The notes below the pieces were generated by a model. It was not told where the DNA came from and searched no databases. It saw only the letters and a list, made by a program, of their open reading frames with translations. Of a DNA stretch of 64,000 bases, positions 58,447 to 64,000 are shown one piece after another. The number at the start of each line of letters is the position of its first letter. Positions within the stretch are counted from its first letter, which is position 1. The stretch covers positions 2,240,001 to 2,304,000 of the forward strand of contig OZ244651.1 of NCBI GenBank assembly GCA_965218695.1, read 5' to 3'. Source of the DNA: Nitrosopumilus sp. GTDB taxonomy: Archaea > Thermoproteota > Nitrososphaeria > Nitrososphaerales > Nitrosopumilaceae. The translations under genes and the position numbers were made by a program.

Positions 58447-58949
58447 AAGAATTATGCAAAAACCATATTTAAATCTGAACGCTGTAATTTATTTCCGGTA
58501 TTTTTCATGCCGGGGGTGGTATTCGGACGGTATCAGATATTCTAATCGCCGGCAAGTCATAACTTACAAAGCATGGTCTTTGTTTGCACGGTGGCAGCAG
58601 ACGCCCTGAGAATTCCGATGTCATCGCGCCACAATTTTGAATTATCGGATATATTGGTCAAATATTCTGATTTACTAAAATGTTGTATTGTGATTATTTA
58701 TGATTCCTTGTTCGCATGCAGCCGTCATTTCAAAACTAATCAGTGGCATAAACCGCAGACATGGCGACAATACAGCGTTCGTTTTGAATCAGATACGCCA
58801 TGCGTTGATAAATAATTGTGAGGTTTTACAATTAATTTGATAGTGCCAGGGTTATGATCAACATGCGGATACAGGAATTTGCGTCATAACCCGGCAGTAG
58901 GTTGACAGACGCAACTCAGACTTTTATGCCACCCGGATTATGCCAATTC

Positions 58950-59186
58950 ATGATTGAAAAGGAAAGCGCAAAGAAGGTTCTGGAGGTAATAGGCAACAAC
59001 CTCATAGGCGTGTCCCATGACGGAAAAAACTTTGCCAAGCTGCCTGATGCCTACTGGGGATATTTTGCAAGGGGCCATGACAGCAAGGGGGCGTTTGGCG
59101 TGATCGTCACGTATGCAGAGGACGGCAAGGATGTCGATGATCTCATCGGCATGTATGAGGAATGGGTCAAAAAGAACAAGTCCTGA
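58950..59186 (+). CDS. hypothetical protein
   Basis: 78-aa ORF with host-like codon usage. Confidence 0.7.
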   Translation: MIEKESAKKVLEVIGNNLIGVSHDGKNFAKLPDAYWGYFARGHDSKGAFGVIVTYAEDGKDVDDLIGMYEEWVKKNKS

Positions 59187-59453
59187 ATGTTATTTTGTTT
59201 CCCGTAACAGTGTTCGGTACCCCTGACACTCCTTGCATATCGGTTTTCCCTTGTATTTGGGATTGCCATCGCGGATCTTCAGCGTGCCGGGGTTCTTCTT
59301 GCAGATACAGCATACTACTACCATGGGTGACATGAAATGATGTAACTAATAAAACATACAGAGGCGCACTCTGAACTTAGCGTTGGTAATTCTCCGTGTT
59401 AACTACCGTTTGGTATGGTTCGAACCCGTCAGACAGCACGCGTCCGAACGTTC

Positions 59454-60146
59454 TCATGGAAGGGCAGACGGTCTGTATATCTCAACCATCCCCCCGGTTC
59501 TGTTTTCGACCCACTCATCGAATATGAGATGATCCCCGTCATTCGATACAAAGTAAACCTTCCTCTCATTCTATAACCACATCGCCTTGGCCAGCATCTT
59601 CGCGTCGTTTCTCTTTGCCTCTCTCCCCAGATACCTAAGTTTCCGTCGTGTCCATATGTCTTCTTTCTCGGCTTCCTTTCTCGCACATTTATCGTGCAGC
59701 ATCGTTCTTTTGAGTCTTAGCCACCTCCTTGCCGTCTTGCTGTCCGGCATCTCCACAATCCTGTCCATCATAGATAGCATTGCCTTCAAGTGTTTCTCGT
59801 AATCCATTCTCCTGACATCTATCTTTTCATATTCTTACGGCAGAACATCATTCACCATTCTGATAATCTCGGCTGATGATTTTAGCTGATAATCCTCTCC
59901 CAGCGTACCTGCGTTGCACTTGGCGAGGACGACGTTGGTGATCTCTGTGAGAACAGTGCCTGCTACCGTCAAGTTTTTTCCGTCCATGAAACCACGTACC
60001 TTTGTGACTTCGAATCCGGAGCACTGTCTGAGTCCCATCCCGTCCAATACCACGAAGAGAAGGGCACTGGTATCAAATATCACCGTGGCCTGACTTGAAT
60101 TACTGCCACCTGCATGTACGTCACCTTGATCTCGATTGTCCGTCAT
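59454..60146 (-). pseudogene. PIN-domain protein interrupted by two in-frame stops
   Basis: VIFDTS..VLTEI..NDAKMLAKA..FVSNDGDH all in one frame across TAA (59835-59837) and TAG (59571-59573). Confidence 0.75.
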
Positions 60147-60281
60147 CGTAACTATAATTTTCCAGTCCGAGCGGTCCCGAACATATCCCATATCTGACTG
60201 CTCAAACCCTTTATGAATTTCGATAGGTGTGCACTGGTAACTTATCTGGGTATGATTCTGCTTGGAAAGCATCGGGGTACA

Positions 60282-60399
60282 GGCTCTGTAAATATGGTGA
60301 TCTCGTTTTAGAACAGTTAATTCTGCAAGATCTGGATAAGATCAACAAATCTCACTTTTGAACGGCAAATTCCTCAGATCATCATATTTGAACAGAGTC
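60282..60399. mobile_element. 118-bp MITE with IS6-like ends
   Basis: GGCTCTGTAAATATGGTGATC ... GATCATCATATTTGAACAGAGTC; internal CACTTTTGAAC shared with the 28440 element; no TSD. Confidence 0.65.
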
Positions 60400-60598
60400 G
60401 CGACGCCGAAGATCAGCGCAGTAGAGTCGGTATGGAAGGATGCAAAGTACAGGCTTGTCACTTCCGAACACTACGAGACGTTGGAGAACCTGACTCATGC
60501 GGTGTCCGAGTATTTCAGGACGTGTTCAATCAGGCTTGACATCTACAAGTTCCTGTACCGCTACGTATGAAGCAAAATTTTCACTGATCGTTACTCTA
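60400..60598 (+). pseudogene. IS630-family transposase C-terminal remnant with probable right end
   Basis: TPKISAVESVWKDAK..L..AV.EY motif; 5' part missing at the MITE boundary. Confidence 0.7.
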
Positions 60599-60610
60599 GG
60601 ATGTGCCCTC

Positions 60611-63600
60611 TCAGTTGGCAGCGCTGACGGTGTAGGACTGGTCGGAGCCTGAGGGGATGAGGCTGGACAGCGAGTTGTTTGCAGAGTCCGTGATGTCGTT
60701 GTCTTGAGTTACGTCAAGATTGTACGTGCCTTCCTGGGAAGAGTCTACCGTGACATAATACTGGCTGCCGGAGCCTGTCACGGACGTGATGGGGTCGACG
60801 CCCTCGCCTAACGCAAGGGACCAGCTGTTCAGGGTGCCCTCATCAGCGTCATAGTTATCATGGATTCGCAGCTGCCAGTCGCCGTTGATCGAGACGCTTC
60901 CAAAGTCGGGAGCGTATGTCGCGACGATGTCGCGTGACGAGCCGCCGGTGCGGTTGTGGAGCGTCTCGGTCGTGCCGTCAGGCGCGACGAGATCCACCTT
61001 GAGATCGCCTATGTAGGCGTGTGTGATGTTTACAGACACTGACACCGATGCGGCAATGGCAGAGTCAGAGACGGCGATCGTGTCTGCCTTGCTAACGTTA
61101 AATGGTACAAAGAGGGACGGCGAACTGGAATACGTAAACGTCTGGGAGTCCGTACCAGGGCTGCCCGGGGACAGCTCAAAGTCATCAGTGCCCACGCCGG
61201 TCACGGTCTCGCTGAAGGCCACCTTGAACTGGAGCGTGTCACCGTCAGTATCCTCCGCGGCAGGATCGTACCTCGTGATGGAGGCGACAGTAGGTGCCAA
61301 GTCTGCGACGGTGACTGTTCTGGTTACTTGGGTGGCAGGATTGCCGGCGTCGTCTGTGCACGTAAAGGTCACCTCGTATGTCTGGGCAACGTTGGTGTTC
61401 ACGTCGTTGGACACGGCGATCCGAGACGAGATGTCGCCGTCGGTGTCGTCTTCACACGTTGCACCATCGTCAACGTACGTTGTGCCCACGCCCACGCTTA
61501 CTGCAGACTGGCCCACAAGTGTGATTACCGGCGGTGTGTCGTCGACTGGGGCCGTAACGGTGTAGGGTTGGTCGGAGCCTGAGGGGATGAGGCTGGACAG
61601 CGAGGTGTTTGCAGAGTCCGTGATGTCGTTGTCTTGAGTTACGTCAAGATTGTACGTGCCTTCCTGGGAAGAGTCTACCGTGACATAATACTGGCTGCCG
61701 GAGCCTGTCACGGACGTGATGGGGTCGACGCCCTCGCCTAACGCAAGGGACCAGCTGTTCAGGGTGCCCTCATCAGCGTCATAGTTATCATGGATTCGCA
61801 GCTGCCAGTCGCCGTTGATCGAGACGCTTCCAAAGTCGGGAGTGTATGTCGCGACGATGTCGCGTGACGAGCCGCCGGTGCGGTTGTGGAGCGTCTTGGT
61901 CGTGCCGTCAGGCGCGATGAGATCCACCTTGAGATCGCCTATGTAGGCGTGTGTGATGTTTACAGACACTGACACCGATGCGGCAATGGCAGAGTCAGAG
62001 ACGGCGATCGTGTCTGCCTTGCTAACGTTAAATGGTACAAAGAGGGACGGCGCGCTGGAATACGTGAACGTATTGGAGACAGCGGCGCTTGGGCCGTCAG
62101 GGGACAGCTCAAAGTCATCAGTGCCCACGCCGGTCACGGTCTCGCTGAAGGCCACCTTGAACTGGAGCGTTTCGCTGTCAGTAACCTGCGTTGCAGGATC
62201 GTACCTCGTGATGTGGGTAATGGTAGGCACTGTTTCAGAAGATGGATTGACCTTGATGCTGGCGGAAATAGATGGCTTTACGTCAAGTCCAATCGTGCGT
62301 ATATTTGCAGTGTCGGCAGTTATTGTTATGTCATATCTGGATTTAGTAGAATAGTCAGAGACGGAATTGAGGACAAGCCGTCCGTCCGTGATTGTAAAGT
62401 AGCTAGCGTCTGTACCTGTAATGTTGTAATTGTCAATACCTGTATCAAACCCTACCAGTGTTGATATGTCAGCGACTGATGTTTGGCCGTTATCAACTGA
62501 CGTATCTTCCAGAACAATAAACCACGATCCCAGATTCCCATCGAATTCGATGGCATTGTAGAACATTTCAAACATATTATGATAGTGGATTACAGAAGAG
62601 ACGTCCCAGTTGGACAGGTCGCCGTTGAAGGAGCTGGCGTAAGAGAACATGCCGTACATGTCTTTCGCGGAGGAGACGTCCCAGTTGGACAGGTCGCTGT
62701 TGAAAGAAGTAGCAAGTAGGAAAGTTTGAGTCATATATTGCACAGAAGAGACGTTCCAGTTGGACAGGTCGCCGTTGAAGGAGTTGGCGTTAACGAACAT
62801 GTAGGTCATGTCCGTTACTTTGGATACGTCCCAGTTGGACAGGTTGCCGTTGAAGGAGTCGGCGTCAACGAACATGTAGATCATGTCCGTTACTTTGGAT
62901 ACGTCCCAGTTGGACAGGTTGCCGTTGAAGGAGCTGGCGCTAGCGAACATGTAACGCAGGTTGGTCATTTGAGAGACGTCCCAGTTGGACAGGTCGCCGT
63001 TGAAGGAGGAATTCCTGAACATGTAGGTCACGCGCGGGTTGGAGGATAGATTAGGGGCATCATCTGCCTCATATTGCATGTTTACTGTACCGCTGAACAT
63101 GTATGACATATCAGACCATGCGGTGTCTCCCCACTGATCTAGGGATATGAGCAATTCAGGGGAATCTTCGGTCCATCTAGGATTATTATAGTGAAAATAG
63201 AAACGTTCCAAGTCGCCTGAGATTGCAACAGTAGTGGTTATTGGCGAAGAGGGCTGCTGGGTGTATAGATAATATGTAGACACCGGTCCGCTTTTGGTGA
63301 CGTTCTGGACGGCACTGCCATCCCCCCAGTCTATTGACACCTGGCCTCCGGATGCCACGTCAATGTGGAATCTTATAGACGCGTAACTGTGCTGGGGCTG
63401 ATCTGTAGGTGCTCCAGTAATATTCCACGTGGTGACAAAAGAAGAAGTGTCAGATACTTGAGCATACGCCTGTGGCAGTAGCATCGAATACACCTTCGCA
63501 TCTGCCAGGCCAGGCCAGTTATAGAACGGGGGATGTGGCAGCTGGTTCGTCTCTGCCTGCGAGGCCTCATCGTAAGGTCCTGCCAGCAGTCCAAACATCA

Positions 63601-63697
63601 GCACCGCACCCAGCAACACAGCATATGCGATAGGCCTTCTGTGTGACTTGGAGCTGTGGCCCTCCCCACAGTATGGAGACAAGCTAGTATCAGACAT
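60611..63697 (-). CDS. surface protein: DUF285/BspA-like repeats, cadherin-like domain, two proprotein-convertase P domains, HYR/DUF5011-like Ig domain
   Basis: signal/TM; FNGDLSNWDVS repeats; NITHAYIGDL.V.L.APDG..GDW.L.I.D....D.GTL.SW.L; DTPPVITLVG..Y.D.GATC.D..DGDIS. Confidence 0.9.
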   Translation of the reverse strand: MSDTSLSPYCGEGHSSKSHRRPIAYAVLLGAVLMFGLLAGPYDEASQAETNQLPHPPFYNWPGLADAKVYSMLLPQAYAQVSDTSSFVTTWNITGAPTDQPQHSYASIRFHIDVASGGQVSIDWGDGSAVQNVTKSGPVSTYYLYTQQPSSPITTTVAISGDLERFYFHYNNPRWTEDSPELLISLDQWGDTAWSDMSYMFSGTVNMQYEADDAPNLSSNPRVTYMFRNSSFNGDLSNWDVSQMTNLRYMFASASSFNGNLSNWDVSKVTDMIYMFVDADSFNGNLSNWDVSKVTDMTYMFVNANSFNGDLSNWNVSSVQYMTQTFLLATSFNSDLSNWDVSSAKDMYGMFSYASSFNGDLSNWDVSSVIHYHNMFEMFYNAIEFDGNLGSWFIVLEDTSVDNGQTSVADISTLVGFDTGIDNYNITGTDASYFTITDGRLVLNSVSDYSTKSRYDITITADTANIRTIGLDVKPSISASIKVNPSSETVPTITHITRYDPATQVTDSETLQFKVAFSETVTGVGTDDFELSPDGPSAAVSNTFTYSSAPSLFVPFNVSKADTIAVSDSAIAASVSVSVNITHAYIGDLKVDLIAPDGTTKTLHNRTGGSSRDIVATYTPDFGSVSINGDWQLRIHDNYDADEGTLNSWSLALGEGVDPITSVTGSGSQYYVTVDSSQEGTYNLDVTQDNDITDSANTSLSSLIPSGSDQPYTVTAPVDDTPPVITLVGQSAVSVGVGTTYVDDGATCEDDTDGDISSRIAVSNDVNTNVAQTYEVTFTCTDDAGNPATQVTRTVTVADLAPTVASITRYDPAAEDTDGDTLQFKVAFSETVTGVGTDDFELSPGSPGTDSQTFTYSSSPSLFVPFNVSKADTIAVSDSAIAASVSVSVNITHAYIGDLKVDLVAPDGTTETLHNRTGGSSRDIVATYAPDFGSVSINGDWQLRIHDNYDADEGTLNSWSLALGEGVDPITSVTGSGSQYYVTVDSSQEGTYNLDVTQDNDITDSANNSLSSLIPSGSDQSYTVSAAN
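60627..62213. repeat. about 655-bp near-identical intragenic direct repeat (60627-61280 vs 61557-62213)
   Basis: long identical stretches at offset 930-933. Confidence 0.95.
62598..63030 (-). repeat. 75-bp tandem repeats (6 copies), DUF285-type
   Basis: ACGT(C/T)CCAGTTGGACAGG at 62601, 62676, 62751, 62826, 62901, 62976. Confidence 0.95.
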
Positions 63698-64000
63698 TTA
63701 GCAAATTCTACAAAATTGCATATAACTGGATACAGATCAAAGATTTTACACCTCCTGTAGGGTGTGTAACCTTATGTGTCTCGATCAAAGCATTCAGAAG
63801 GTATCACTCATGAACCCGTCGCCGGAAAGATGCATCTGAGAGGATAAAACAAGATCCGAAGAAGGATAACAGTACGAAGAAGGATCCGCATTCACGATCG
63901 GATCCGGCATGAACCTTCACGGCACGACTATACCTGAAATGCACGGAGCTGACCCACACACACAGCGTCAGAGGGATTTTACGATCCGTTCTGTAAATTC

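Noticed and set aside
58450-58900. AT-rich intergenic region as replication origin
   Set aside because: No ORB-like repeats with G-strings and no cdc6/orc1 gene nearby
62598-63030. Regular repeats as a CRISPR array or DGR template/variable pair
   Set aside because: Period is exactly 25 codons inside an open frame; no cas or reverse transcriptase gene in the window; differences are not evidently adenine-specific
63780-64000. Short repeats (CGAAGAAGGAT x2) at the window end
   Set aside because: Too short and truncated by the window edge to interpret

Overview
Archaeal DNA of ammonia-oxidising Nitrososphaeria (Thaumarchaeota) type, most likely Nitrosopumilaceae. Evidence: TBP, archaeal AspRS, PAC2, CofG/CofH, Tsr3, PINA, DUF1512 and a CFI-box-CTERM protein. 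The fairly high GC, heavy IS load and DUF285 surface protein suggest a host-associated (e.g. sponge) lineage; this is inference. A housekeeping backbone (purM, cofGH, tldD/tldE, tbp, map, tRNA-Pro, tsr3, udg/mpg, aspS) is interrupted by eight near-full-length transposase genes: IS630, two IS5, ISH3, IS110, two single-ORF IS66 and IS481. For most of these I could read ends and target duplications directly. The most interesting structure is non-coding. (i) A 4.2 kb transposase-less element (15829-20054) has 53-bp GGTTCTGT inverted ends and a CCGGCTCC target duplication that only appears after removing a nested MITE. It carries membrane-protein cargo, an IS110 and an IS66. (ii) A dispersed family of IS6-like GG(C/T)(A/T)CTG...GTGATC miniature elements repeatedly sits just upstream of accessory genes. 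(iii) A two-loop bridge-RNA-like structure lies upstream of the IS110 recombinase. (iv) An island beside tbp has a variant tyrosine integrase, small membrane genes and an apparently catalytically altered restriction-endonuclease homologue. No CRISPR array, rRNA or reverse transcriptase was seen. All family assignments are from motif recognition by eye, not database searches.
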